Source: Alphaproteobacteria bacterium
GTDB lineage: Bacteria > Pseudomonadota > Alphaproteobacteria > SP197
Assembly (NCBI GenBank): GCA_965228895.1
Contig: OZ245842.1
Location: 3,936,001-4,000,000, forward strand
DNA: 64,000 nucleotides
Direction of reading: 5' to 3'
The notes beneath the pieces are model-generated. The model was given only the letters and a program-made list of their open reading frames with translations, had not been told where the DNA came from and searched no databases. Made by a program: the position numbers and the translations under genes. Of the stretch, positions 29,612 through 39,033 are shown in pieces (positions within the stretch are counted from its first letter, which is position 1; every line of letters starts with the position of its first letter).

Positions 29612-31096
29612 TCAGCGCATCACGAACGGGTTGCCCATCGGCGCCGACGACGTGTTGATCCAGACCGTCTTCGGCCTTGTGTAGTCGTAGATCGCCTGGG
29701 CACCCGACTCGCGGCCATAACCGGAATCCTTGAAGCCGCCGAACTCGGCGATCGGCGACACCACCCGATAGGTGTTGATCCAGACAATGCCGGCGCGAAT
29801 CTGCTTTTGCACCCTGAGCGCCCTGGCGATGTCCTTGGTGAAGATGCCGGACGCCAGGCCGTACTTGGTATCGTTGGCCTTGGCGATCACCTCGTCCTCG
29901 TCCTTGAAACGCAGCACCGACAGCACCGGGCCGAACATCTCGGTGTCGACGATCTCCATCTTCTGGTCCGGACACTCGACGATGGTCGGCTCGTAGAACC
30001 AGCCGGCGTTCAAATGCGCCGGCTGTTTGCCGCCATGGTGGACGGTGCCGCCCTGCTCCTTCGCTCTGGCAACCTGTGTCTCGCACGCGTTGAGTTGGCC
30101 CAGGGTGCACAAAGGACCCATCTGGGTTTCCTCGGCCAGCGGATCACCGATCAGAATCTTTTCGGCGCGGCCCGTCAGGTCGGCCAGAAACGTGTCGTGG
30201 ATCTTCTCGTGCAGATAGATCCTGGAACCGGCAACGCAGCTTTGGCCGCTGGCGCCGAAGATGCTTGCCATCGAACCATTCACCGCGCTTTCAAGGTCCG
30301 CGTCGTCGAACACGACGACCGGCGACTTGCCGCCCAGTTCGAGCGACACCTCGGCGAAGTTTTCGGCCGAGTTGCGCACGATGTGCCGCGCCGTCTCGGG
30401 CCCGCCGGTGAAGCTGATGCGCGCGACCAGCGGGTGCGTCGTCAGCACACGACCGCACGGCTCGCCGAAGCCGGTGACGACGTTGACGACACCTTCGGGA
30501 AAGCCTGCTTCCTCGATCAGCTTGGCGAACTCCAGCATCGCGGCCGACGCGTGTTCCGACGCCTTCAAGACCACCGTGTTGCCGGCAGCCAGCGCCGGCC
30601 CGATCTTGACCGCGACCAGGAAGAGCTGGCTGTTCCACGGTACGACGGCTGCGATCACGCCGAGCGGTTCGCGTGTCGTGAAGACACAGAGGTCCGGCTT
30701 GTCGATCGGCAGCGTTTCGCCATGCACCTTGTCGGCAAGGCCGGCATAGAAGTGGAAGAACTCGGCGATGTACTTCGCCTGCCAGCGCGTTTCCTTCAGC
30801 ATCTTGCCGGTATCGATCGTCTCGGTGCGGCCCAATTCCTCCGACTTGTCGGCCAGAAGATCGCCCAGGCGGCGCAGGTACTTGCCGCGTTCGGTCGGTG
30901 TCATCGACGCCCACAGTCCTTCGCTGAACGCGCGGTGCGCGGCTTTGATGGCGCGGTCGACATCGTTTTCGGTCGCCGCCGGGATCTTCGCCCATACCGC
31001 GCCCGTCGACGGGTTGACACTGTCGAACATGCCGCCGTCTTCGGCGTCACACCACGCGCCGTCGATGAACATCTGATAGGATTTTGCTTCGCTCAT
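29612..31096 (-). CDS. Aldehyde dehydrogenase (TgnC-like)
   Basis: VPWNSQLFL, SFTGG, LELGGKSP, GQSCVAGSR, EMFGPVL, FGGFKDSGYGRE. Confidence 0.93.
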   Translation of the reverse strand: MSEAKSYQMFIDGAWCDAEDGGMFDSVNPSTGAVWAKIPAATENDVDRAIKAAHRAFSEGLWASMTPTERGKYLRRLGDLLADKSEELGRTETIDTGKMLKETRWQAKYIAEFFHFYAGLADKVHGETLPIDKPDLCVFTTREPLGVIAAVVPWNSQLFLVAVKIGPALAAGNTVVLKASEHASAAMLEFAKLIEEAGFPEGVVNVVTGFGEPCGRVLTTHPLVARISFTGGPETARHIVRNSAENFAEVSLELGGKSPVVVFDDADLESAVNGSMASIFGASGQSCVAGSRIYLHEKIHDTFLADLTGRAEKILIGDPLAEETQMGPLCTLGQLNACETQVARAKEQGGTVHHGGKQPAHLNAGWFYEPTIVECPDQKMEIVDTEMFGPVLSVLRFKDEDEVIAKANDTKYGLASGIFTKDIARALRVQKQIRAGIVWINTYRVVSPIAEFGGFKDSGYGRESGAQAIYDYTRPKTVWINTSSAPMGNPFVMR

Positions 31097-31200
31097 GACG
31101 CGACCTCCCCAACTCGATTCGTAAATGAACCTAGTGCACGTCTCCCGGTCGTGGCTAGATGTATGGACGGAACAGCACCATCAACGAAGGAACGATCGTC

Positions 31201-31590
31201 ATGTCGAAGGCAAAGGAAATCATCGGCGGGCCGCTGGTTATCGGCGGTCGAACGCTATCGCTGTCCAGGGCCGTGCGCGCCGGCGACATGGTCTATCTGA
31301 CCGGCCAGATTCCCATGAAGGACGGTGCGCCGATGACCGACGGCAGCATCGAAGACCAGACTCGCGTGACCCTCGACCTCATCACCGAAACCCTGAGCGA
31401 GGCCGGCTGCACGCGCGATGATGTCGTGAAGGCGATGGTCTGGCTGCGCGATGTCGAGGACTTCCCCGGCTTCAACAGCGTCTATGCCGAGTACTTCCCA
31501 AAAGACCCACCGGCCCGATCGGCGGTGCTGACCCAGTTGCTGGTCGACGTGAGGATCGAGATCGAGGTTGTCGTCTATAGCCCGCAGTAG
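31201..31590 (+). CDS. RidA/YjgF family protein
   Basis: LSRAVRAGDMVYLTGQIP, FNSVYAEYF, PPARSAV (conserved Arg), IEIE. Confidence 0.92.
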   Translation: MSKAKEIIGGPLVIGGRTLSLSRAVRAGDMVYLTGQIPMKDGAPMTDGSIEDQTRVTLDLITETLSEAGCTRDDVVKAMVWLRDVEDFPGFNSVYAEYFPKDPPARSAVLTQLLVDVRIEIEVVVYSPQ

Positions 31591-31593
31591 GTG

Positions 31594-32493
31594 TCAACGC
31601 TGTGCCATCACCCAGTCGTGAAACCGTTGCGCGCCGGAACCCAGGCGCACGCCGCGTGGCGTGACCATGTAGACACCGTAGCCTTTCGACTGAACGGCCT
31701 TCATCGGGCGCACGAGGTCACCGCGCGCCAGGTGATGATCGACGATGTTGCTGAAACCCAGCGCCACGCCGTGGCCTTCGATGGCGGCCTGGATGATGTT
31801 GGCGTAGTTGTCGTAACCCAACGTGCGGAAGTTCGCCGGCAGTTTGACGCCGGCGCCTTCCAGCCACCACGTCCAGTCTTCGTCGGAATGCGGCGCGCCG
31901 TCCAGATTCAGGAGCGGCTGCGACAAGAGGTCGGCCGGCTTGGCGATGGGGCCCGCCGACTCCAAGAAATCCGGCGCGCAAACCGGGAACGTGTCGGTAT
32001 CGAAGAGATGCCGCGGCTTGAGGCCGGGCCAGGAACCGGAGCCGTAGCGCAGGCCGACATCGATGCCTTCCTCGATCATGTCGAGCGGCGCGTCCGACAC
32101 CCTGATGCGCAACTCCAGATCCTTGTTGGCCGAGCGAAACGCCGGCAGGCGCGGCGTCAGCCAAAATGTGGCGATGGCGACCGTGGCGGTCACGGTAACC
32201 CGGGACGACCCGGCGACGTGACCCAGTTCGCCAGCGGTCTTGGCGATGTCGCCCAGGCTCTTTGAGACCGTCGCATGAAGCGCGTGACCGGCTTCGGTCA
32301 GCTCGATGGCGCGGTGGCGGCGGAAGAAGAGATCGGTGCCCAGATGCTCTTCCAGGATGCGGATATGCCGGCTCACCGCCTCGCGGCTGACGGTCAGTTC
32401 CTGGGCCGCGCGGGTAATGCTCAAATGCCGGGCAGCCGCCTCAAAGGCGACCAGACTGTTGACCGGCGGAAGACGCATACGCAGGCTTTGCAT
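31594..32493 (-). CDS. LysR family regulator (GcvA-like)
   Basis: LPPVNSLVAFEAAARHLSITRAAQELTVSREAVSRHIR; FWLTPRL; divergent from the flavin reductase. Confidence 0.93.
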   Translation of the reverse strand: MQSLRMRLPPVNSLVAFEAAARHLSITRAAQELTVSREAVSRHIRILEEHLGTDLFFRRHRAIELTEAGHALHATVSKSLGDIAKTAGELGHVAGSSRVTVTATVAIATFWLTPRLPAFRSANKDLELRIRVSDAPLDMIEEGIDVGLRYGSGSWPGLKPRHLFDTDTFPVCAPDFLESAGPIAKPADLLSQPLLNLDGAPHSDEDWTWWLEGAGVKLPANFRTLGYDNYANIIQAAIEGHGVALGFSNIVDHHLARGDLVRPMKAVQSKGYGVYMVTPRGVRLGSGAQRFHDWVMAQR

Positions 32494-32535
32494 GAAAAAA
32501 AGCTTACGCGAAGATCAGCCTTTTTCAAGTTTACC
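32491..32535 (+). promoter_or_regulatory. Bipartite regulatory motif, copy 3 (CATGAA-N7-TTACG-N19-AGTTTACC), overlapping the LysR start codon and upstream of the flavin reductase
   Basis: Same spacing as copies 1 and 2; position typical of an LTTR autoregulatory site. Confidence 0.7.
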
Positions 32536-32598
32536 GAACGCCTCGGGAAACCCTCTACTGCGTGGCGTCGCACCGTGCCGCGAACCGGAGGTCTGATC

Positions 32599-33114
32599 AT
32601 GAGCTTTTTCGAATGCGCCCCCAGGCTTGGCTTTCACGACGCCTTTCGCCAGGCGATGCGCGGGGTCGCCGGCACGGCGCACCTGATCACCGCGGTCGAC
32701 AAGGAAGGCGCCTGGTACGGCATGGCGGCAACAGCCGTGTCGTCCGTGTCGATGGATCCACCATCCATTCTGGTTTGCATCAACCGCGACGCCGCGACGT
32801 GCGCGCCGATCGACGAGCGCGGCCAGTTCTGCGTCAACGTGCTGGCGGAGGATCACCGCGACCACTGCGCGCGCTTCGGCCGGCCGGACGCCCGCCACAC
32901 CCGGTTCCATCACGGCGAGTGGCTGGACCACGACGGCCTGCCCTATCTGGCCGACGCCCAGGCCGCCATCTTCTGCGACGTCGCGCAGCGCGTCAGCCAC
33001 GGCACGCATAGGATCTTCATCGGCAATGTCAGCGACATCATGCTGCCGCGCGAAACGGTCAATCCGCTGGTCTACCTCGACCGCAACTTCGTTTCGCTGG
33101 CCGCGACAGCCTGA
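32599..33114 (+). CDS. Flavin reductase (HpaC/RutF family)
   Basis: FRQAMR, GMAATAVSSVSMDPPSILVCIN, GTHRIFIG, PLVY; RBS GGAGG. Confidence 0.92.
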   Translation: MSFFECAPRLGFHDAFRQAMRGVAGTAHLITAVDKEGAWYGMAATAVSSVSMDPPSILVCINRDAATCAPIDERGQFCVNVLAEDHRDHCARFGRPDARHTRFHHGEWLDHDGLPYLADAQAAIFCDVAQRVSHGTHRIFIGNVSDIMLPRETVNPLVYLDRNFVSLAATA

Positions 33115-33245
33115 GGAGCGTTTCACCCCAACAACGGTTGGCCGGCCTGCGATCCGCGATTGCGGTGGATCGTGCGCCATGGCATGTCGCGTTCCATCAG
33201 ACAGTGCCGTAACCGGCCACGACAAGAACAGGAGAGGCACTGCCC

Positions 33246-34058
33246 ATGGAAGCCACCGACACCGGCATGCGTCTTGAAAGGCGCGGCCATGTTCTGGAGA
33301 TCACGCTCGACCGGGGCAAGGTAAACGCCATCGACAACGCCATGAGCCGCGAGCTCGGCAAGGCGTTTGTCACCTTGCGCGACGATCCCGACCTCAGGGT
33401 CGGCCTGATCACCGGCGCTGGCGAAAAGATCTTCTCGGCAGGCTGGGATTTGAAGGCGCTCGACAGCGGCGACCAGGCGCTCGACAACTGGTGGGAGAGC
33501 GAGGACGCGGCGTCCGGTGGTTTCGCCGGCATCACCGAAATGTGGGACCTGAACAAGCCGGTCATCGCCGCGCTGAACGGCATGGCGATCGGCGGCGGCT
33601 TCGAGATCGCGCTGGCCTGCGACCTCATCATTGCCGCCGACCACGTCCAGTTCCAACTGCCCGAAATGCCGCTCGGCATCGTGCCCGACGCCGGCGCCCT
33701 GCAGCGTCTGCCGCGCCGCCTGCCCTATACGATCGCGCTCGAAATGCTGCTGATGGGCCGGCGCATGCCGGTCGAGGAGGCCCAGCGCTATGGCCTCGTC
33801 AATCTGATCGTGCCCGCCGCCGATCTGATGACGACGGCGCGCGCCTGGGCCGATCAACTGGCCGAGTCGGCCCCGCTTGCCGTGCAGACGGTGAAAGAGG
33901 TGCTGCGCGCCGTCGAGGACGACACCATCCAAACTGCATTCCACACCATGCGCACCGGCGATCTGCCGACCTATCGCCACATGCTGCGCTCCGACGATGC
34001 CAAGGAGGGCGTGCGCGCCTTCGTCGAGAAACGTAAACCCAACTTCAAGGGGGCCTAG
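33246..34058 (+). CDS. Crotonase; carnitinyl-CoA dehydratase (CaiD-like)
   Basis: NAIDN..SRELGKAF...RDDPDLRV.LITGAGEKIFSAGWDLKA, GGFAGITE, GGGFEIALACD; adjacent to carnitine dehydrogenase. Confidence 0.85.
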   Translation: MEATDTGMRLERRGHVLEITLDRGKVNAIDNAMSRELGKAFVTLRDDPDLRVGLITGAGEKIFSAGWDLKALDSGDQALDNWWESEDAASGGFAGITEMWDLNKPVIAALNGMAIGGGFEIALACDLIIAADHVQFQLPEMPLGIVPDAGALQRLPRRLPYTIALEMLLMGRRMPVEEAQRYGLVNLIVPAADLMTTARAWADQLAESAPLAVQTVKEVLRAVEDDTIQTAFHTMRTGDLPTYRHMLRSDDAKEGVRAFVEKRKPNFKGA

Positions 34059-34068
34059 GGAACCGGGA

Positions 34069-35025
34069 ATGGCGAGAAAAGAACCTGGCGCGGTAAAGCG
34101 CATCACCAGCATCGGCGCCGGCCCGATCGGCGGCGGCTGGTCGACCTACTTCCTGGCAAAGGGTTACGACGTCACCGCCTATATCCACGACGCCGCTGAA
34201 GAAGAACCGCTGCGCGGCCTGATCGATAACGCGTGGGCGGCCATGGAAGAGCTGGGTCTGGCCGAGGGCGCCTCGCGTGACCGGCTGACCTGCACGACCG
34301 ATCTTGCGGCGGCCGTCGCCGATGCCGAGTTCGTGCAGGAAAGCGTGCCGGAAATCCTGGATCTCAAACAGTCGATCTACGCCAAGCTCGGCGACATGGT
34401 GCCCGAAGACGTCGTGATTGCGTCCAGCACGTCGGGCCTGATGATGACGGACATCCAGGCAACGTGTTCGACACCGGAACGCACGGTCACCGGCCATCCC
34501 TTCAACCCGCCTTATCTAATGCCGCTGGTCGAGGTCGTCGGCGGCGAGAGAACGGCGCCGGAGACTGTCGAATGGGCCGGCGCGTTCTATGAGCACGCCG
34601 GCAAGGCGCCGTTGATGATGACCGCCGAGGTGCCGGGCTTTGTCGCCACGCGCCTGCAGGAAGCGATCTGGCGGGAGGCGCTGCACATGGTCAATGAGGG
34701 CGAAGCCACACCCGAGCAGATCGACACCGCCATCGTCAACGGGCCGGGGCCGCGCTGGGCGATCATGGGACCGTGCATGGTCTATCACGTCGGCGGCGGC
34801 GAAGGCGGCATGGAGTACTGTCTGGAACAGTTCGGCCCGGCGCTGAAACTGCCGTGGACCCGCCTGGTGGCGCCGGAACTGACACCGGAACTGCGCGCCA
34901 AGATGGTCGACGGCTGCGACCGCATGGCCGGCGACAAGGACTTCCGCCAGCTGACCCGCGAGATGAACGACGGTTTGGTCGCCATCGCCAAGGCGCTTAA
35001 CGCCATCAGGGCGGCATCGTCCTGA
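34069..35025 (+). CDS. lcdH: L-carnitine 3-dehydrogenase (3-hydroxyacyl-CoA dehydrogenase family), no fused thioesterase
   Basis: GAGPIGGGW, VQESVPE, ASSTSGL, GHPFNPPYLMPLVEVVGG, RLQEAIWREALHMV, GGGEGGM; context with CaiD-like and BKACE genes. Confidence 0.82.
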   Translation: MARKEPGAVKRITSIGAGPIGGGWSTYFLAKGYDVTAYIHDAAEEEPLRGLIDNAWAAMEELGLAEGASRDRLTCTTDLAAAVADAEFVQESVPEILDLKQSIYAKLGDMVPEDVVIASSTSGLMMTDIQATCSTPERTVTGHPFNPPYLMPLVEVVGGERTAPETVEWAGAFYEHAGKAPLMMTAEVPGFVATRLQEAIWREALHMVNEGEATPEQIDTAIVNGPGPRWAIMGPCMVYHVGGGEGGMEYCLEQFGPALKLPWTRLVAPELTPELRAKMVDGCDRMAGDKDFRQLTREMNDGLVAIAKALNAIRAASS

Positions 35026-35123
35026 ACCCAACGACCAGTTCACGACGAAATTCGCTTGGTGCGTCCGAAGGGATCGTGAAGGATGCGCCAAGACGAATCG
35101 CGACCGAACAAGGGGCAGAAACC

Positions 35124-35651
35124 ATGGCCGTTCCAGCAGAGCTTAAAGCCGTCTTCGAGGCCGACACGGCCGACGATGCCAAGATGGGCGACCTCATGAA
35201 GGTGCTGTGCGACGTGCTGGACTGCGATCGCTGCCTTCTGTTCCTGCGCGATCCCGATAGTCGCAAGTCGCGCTGCACCCATGGTTATGAGACCGACCCT
35301 TCCTATGCGCTTGACCGGCCTGATGACGGCTGGGCGACGGAACCGGAAAACCTGGTGAGCGACGACCCGATGTTCGCCGAGGCCATGCACAATCCCGAAG
35401 CGCTCTATATCGACAACATCGAGACCGCGTCGCCCGACCTTGTGAACGCTGCCTATGAGCGCGAACACTTCAAACACCAGGCGCTCGTCCACGCGCCGCT
35501 GCAGCAAGGCGGCAAGCTCTACGGCATTCTGGAGCCCTGCACGATCGCCGCACCACGCCAATGGACCGATGCCGACCGCGAGACGATCGCCTGGACCATG
35601 GAACAGCTAACCCCGATCGCCGTGGCCTATGTCGCCGCGAACTGTCACTAA
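35124..35651 (+). CDS. Stand-alone GAF-domain protein
   Basis: [35 protein letters not shown] are typical GAF features. Confidence 0.78.
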   Translation: MAVPAELKAVFEADTADDAKMGDLMKVLCDVLDCDRCLLFLRDPDSRKSRCTHGYETDPSYALDRPDDGWATEPENLVSDDPMFAEAMHNPEALYIDNIETASPDLVNAAYEREHFKHQALVHAPLQQGGKLYGILEPCTIAAPRQWTDADRETIAWTMEQLTPIAVAYVAANCH

Positions 35652-35716
35652 TCCTTTTGCGGCCCCGACCTTTTGACAACCCGGGGGCCGCCCCAACCCA
35701 TGAGGACCGAACGACC

Positions 35717-36604
35717 ATGAATACCGACGTCATCATCACATGCGCCGTGACCGGCGCCGGCGACACCACCGGCAAGAGCGACAAGGTGCCGGTGACACCG
35801 GAGCAGATCGCCGACGCCGCCATCGAGGCCGCCAAGGCGGGCGCGGCCGTCGCCCACATGCATGTGCGTGACCCTGAGACCGGCAAGGGCGCACGCGATG
35901 TCGAGCTGTTCCGCGAGGTCGTCGACCGGGTCAAGGCGAGCGACACCGATGTCGTGATCAACCTGACCGCCGGTATGGGCGGCGACTTCGTGCCCGACGA
36001 GAACGATCCGACCGTCGCCGCGCCGGGCAGCGATCTGATCGGGCCGAAGGAACGGCTGGCTCATGTCGAGGCGCTCCGCCCGGAGATCTGCAGTCTGGAC
36101 TGCGGCACCATGAACTTCGGAAACGGCAACGAGACCTATATCAACACCGCGGCCTTCATTCGCCAGATGGCGGCCGACATCAAGGAACTCGGCGTCAAGC
36201 CGGAGCTTGAGGTCTTCGACCTCGGCCAGGTGCGCCTGGCGAGCCAGATGGTGACCGAGGGTTTGATTGCCGAACCACCGCTGTTCCAGGTCTGCCTCGG
36301 CATTCCCTGGGGTGCGGGCGCCGATACCCGCTCCATGACCGCCATGGTCGACGGCCTGCCCGAAGGCGCCAACTGGGCGGGCTTCGGCATCAGCCGCATG
36401 CAAATGCCGATGGTGGCGCAGGCCATGCTGCTGGGCGGCAACGTCCGCGTCGGGCTGGAGGACAACATTTATCTCGATCGCGGCGTCCTGGCATCGAACG
36501 GCGATCTTGTGGCACGCGCGGTCGAGATCATCCAGCGCCTTGGCGGCAAGGTCCTGAATCCCGAAGAGGCCCGTCAGAAGCTGGGATTGCCGACCAAGCA
36601 TTAG
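35717..36604 (+). CDS. Beta-keto acid cleavage enzyme (BKACE/Kce; CdhC-like dehydrocarnitine cleavage)
   Basis: [46 protein letters not shown]. Confidence 0.92.
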   Translation: MNTDVIITCAVTGAGDTTGKSDKVPVTPEQIADAAIEAAKAGAAVAHMHVRDPETGKGARDVELFREVVDRVKASDTDVVINLTAGMGGDFVPDENDPTVAAPGSDLIGPKERLAHVEALRPEICSLDCGTMNFGNGNETYINTAAFIRQMAADIKELGVKPELEVFDLGQVRLASQMVTEGLIAEPPLFQVCLGIPWGAGADTRSMTAMVDGLPEGANWAGFGISRMQMPMVAQAMLLGGNVRVGLEDNIYLDRGVLASNGDLVARAVEIIQRLGGKVLNPEEARQKLGLPTKH

Positions 36605-36666
36605 AGCGGATTCACCCGCCTTGACGGGGTCGCAAAGCGATCCCATCACAACAGGATCTGCTCTAA
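36601..36666. repeat. Short inverted-repeat element with TTAGAGC...GCTCTAA ends (CIR/Bru-RS/MITE-like)
   Basis: Arms TTAGAGCGGAT and ATCTGCTCTAA (10/11 match), internal hairpin GGGGTCGC-AAA-GCGATCCC; contains the BKACE stop codon. Confidence 0.55.
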
Positions 36667-36798
36667 TGGATCGAAAGTATTAGGAAGACTTATCCACAAG
36701 GGGTGTCTTGTTTTACCCCCTATTGGTTAGTACTTCGTTCGGTGTTTGTTTCGCGATGTTCTCATTTCCGAGCAGCCAGCTCGGGATTCACCGCTGAA

Positions 36799-37563
36799 TC
36801 AGGTGGAATCGCTCGATAACGCGCCGCCGTCCATGGCCAGCATAGAACCTGTCATGAACGCGGCCGCTGGCGAGCAGAGAAACAGGATGCCCTGGGCGAC
36901 CTCCTCGGCGGTGCCGACGCGGTCCAGCGGGTACCATTCCTTCAGATCGTCGATGGTCGCGCCGGGTTTGCCGAAGATATCGAGGTTCTGGCCGCCCATC
37001 TCGGTCGCGATGACCGCCGGGCAGACGCAGTTCACGCGAATGTCCGGCGCCAGCTCCTGGGCCATGGCGCGGGTCAGGTTGACCACCGCGCCCTTGGTCG
37101 CGCAGTAGACGGTGGTCTGAGCCGAGCCGGCGAGACCGGCACTGGAGCCCAAATTGACGATCGCGCCCTTTGAGGCGCGCAGCGCCGGCAACAGCGCGCG
37201 CGACAGGAAGAACGTCGCCTTGACGTTGATGTCGTTCAGGCTGTCCCACGCCGCCTCGTCGCTGTCCTCCATGGAGGCCACGACGTAGATGCCGGCGTTG
37301 TTCACCAGGTAGTCCAGACCGCCCAGACCGTCGACCGCGGCCTTGGCGACCGCCTCGCAGACCGCGACCTCGGATAGATCGCCGGGCGCCGGCACCATGT
37401 TGTCGCCACCCAGATCCGCCATCAGCCGGTCGACGCTTTCCTGGCTGCGACCGTTGACAGCCACACTCGCTCCGGCTTCAAGAAACGCCACCGTCGTGGC
37501 GCGCCCGATGCCGCGCGTCGCGCCCGTCACCAAAACTTTCTTGCCGGAAAAATCCATGGTCAT
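36799..37563 (-). CDS. SDR family oxidoreductase (classical)
   Basis: TGATRGIG, LVNNAG, YCATK, MDGG. Confidence 0.93.
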   Translation of the reverse strand: MTMDFSGKKVLVTGATRGIGRATTVAFLEAGASVAVNGRSQESVDRLMADLGGDNMVPAPGDLSEVAVCEAVAKAAVDGLGGLDYLVNNAGIYVVASMEDSDEAAWDSLNDINVKATFFLSRALLPALRASKGAIVNLGSSAGLAGSAQTTVYCATKGAVVNLTRAMAQELAPDIRVNCVCPAVIATEMGGQNLDIFGKPGATIDDLKEWYPLDRVGTAEEVAQGILFLCSPAAAFMTGSMLAMDGGALSSDST

Positions 37564-37566
37564 CTC

Positions 37567-38445
37567 CTACCAGCGCAACAGGGGGATCGCCGCGACCGGG
37601 CGGACATTGGCGTCGCGGCAGGCGGTGTCGATCAAGTGTTGATCGGGCATGGCGTCAGGAGCAATGCCCCAATCGTGGGCCGGCAGGCCACCGGTAATCC
37701 ACACCGCGTCCAGCCCGGCCAGACGGGCGCCCAGAATATCGGTGTGCAGGCCGTCGCCGATCGCCAGCATCGAGGCGCCAGGCGCTTCGCCCAACACGTC
37801 CAGACAGTGGCGATAGACGCCGGGCAGCGGCTTGCCTTCCTGGCGCATGTCGCCGCCCAGTTCGACAAAGCGCTCGGCAATGCGCCCGGCACACAGTTCT
37901 CGGGACTCGCCACGCAACACCGACTTGTCGGGATTGGTACAAACCATCGGCAAGCCCAATTCCAGGAATTCGGCCAACATGGTCTCAAAATCGGAGAGCT
38001 GCTCGTCGCGGGAGCGGATGCCGCAACACAGGACGAAGTCGGCGTCCTTGGCCTCGGCCACGCGTTCGAAGCCGAGGCCGTCCAAGAGCTTGGCGTCGGG
38101 CTCCGTGCCAATATGAAAGAACCGGTGGCCCAGTCCGGCATACCAGGGATCGGTCGCCTCCTCGATCTCCAACCGGACCGCTTCACCCGCCGTCATGATG
38201 GCATCGTAGGTGCCGGGCTCGACACCCATGCGGCCGATCTGATGCGCGACGGCCGACGACCGGCGCGGTGCGTTGGAGAGGAAAATGACCTTGGCGCCAT
38301 CGCCTCTGACCCGCGCCATCCAGGCGAGCGCGGCGGGATAGGCCTCTATGCCGTTATGCAGGCAACCCCACAGGTCGACCACATAGACATCATAGCCGGC
38401 ATCCAGTTCCGAAAGGCCGGCAAGCCTTGGTATCCCTGCTGTCAC
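37567..38445 (-). CDS. HAD-superfamily hydrolase, class IIA (TIGR01459-like)
   Basis: DLWGCLHNG, LSNAPR, CTNPD, GKP, IGDGLHTDILGA. Confidence 0.92.
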   Translation of the reverse strand: MTAGIPRLAGLSELDAGYDVYVVDLWGCLHNGIEAYPAALAWMARVRGDGAKVIFLSNAPRRSSAVAHQIGRMGVEPGTYDAIMTAGEAVRLEIEEATDPWYAGLGHRFFHIGTEPDAKLLDGLGFERVAEAKDADFVLCCGIRSRDEQLSDFETMLAEFLELGLPMVCTNPDKSVLRGESRELCAGRIAERFVELGGDMRQEGKPLPGVYRHCLDVLGEAPGASMLAIGDGLHTDILGARLAGLDAVWITGGLPAHDWGIAPDAMPDQHLIDTACRDANVRPVAAIPLLRW

Positions 38446-38448
38446 GCC

Positions 38449-38913
38449 TCAGCCGCCGTCGGACGTCGCCGCGTCCGTCATGCCGCCCAACCCCTTGTTC
38501 ATCATCTCTATTCGCGCCTCTTCGCCCTCGATGCCATAGCGCTCGACAATCAGCACTTCCGGCTTGGCGTAGGCGAGCCAGACCTTGCCGTCGGCGTCCT
38601 CGTAGACAACCACCTTGATCGGCAGGTCGATTCCGATCAGCGGATTCTTCGCCATCAGCGGCGTGCCAAGCGCGGGCTTGCCAAAGACCAGAACCTGGTT
38701 CGGCGCCAGGTCCATTTCGACAGACGCGGCCGCGGCGGCATGGTCGACCCGTGCGATCACGACGAACTCCTTCTCCTGAACGATGGCCTCCAGGCGATCC
38801 ATCGTCTCCTGCACCGAATGGGCGCTCGCCTTGATGATAAAGGCGTCGTTTGCCGCCGCCTGCATAGGCAAGGCAACGGCGATGAGTGCGAACAAGGCGA
38901 ACAGTCTTTTCAT
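38449..38913 (-). CDS. DUF302 domain exported protein
   Basis: Signal peptide; ARVDHAAAA, FGKPALGTPLM, GIDLPIKVVVYED. Confidence 0.88.
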   Translation of the reverse strand: MKRLFALFALIAVALPMQAAANDAFIIKASAHSVQETMDRLEAIVQEKEFVVIARVDHAAAAASVEMDLAPNQVLVFGKPALGTPLMAKNPLIGIDLPIKVVVYEDADGKVWLAYAKPEVLIVERYGIEGEEARIEMMNKGLGGMTDAATSDGG

Positions 38914-39033
38914 GGCGGTCTCTCCGGTTTCGGCGCCCGGCGCACCATGCCAGATAGGCACCACGTGCCGTCAAGGACGGAACACGCGAGCGCCGGTTCA
39001 ATCGGCCGTGAAACAGGGCCGCGCAAGGCAGCG

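Noticed and set aside
27641-31300. 600-aa and 584-aa + strand ORFs
   Set aside because: Antisense to the hydrolase, SBP and ALDH genes; no recognisable domains.
36690-36698. Replication origin suggested by a DnaA box
   Set aside because: Only one box seen, and no origin-associated genes nearby.
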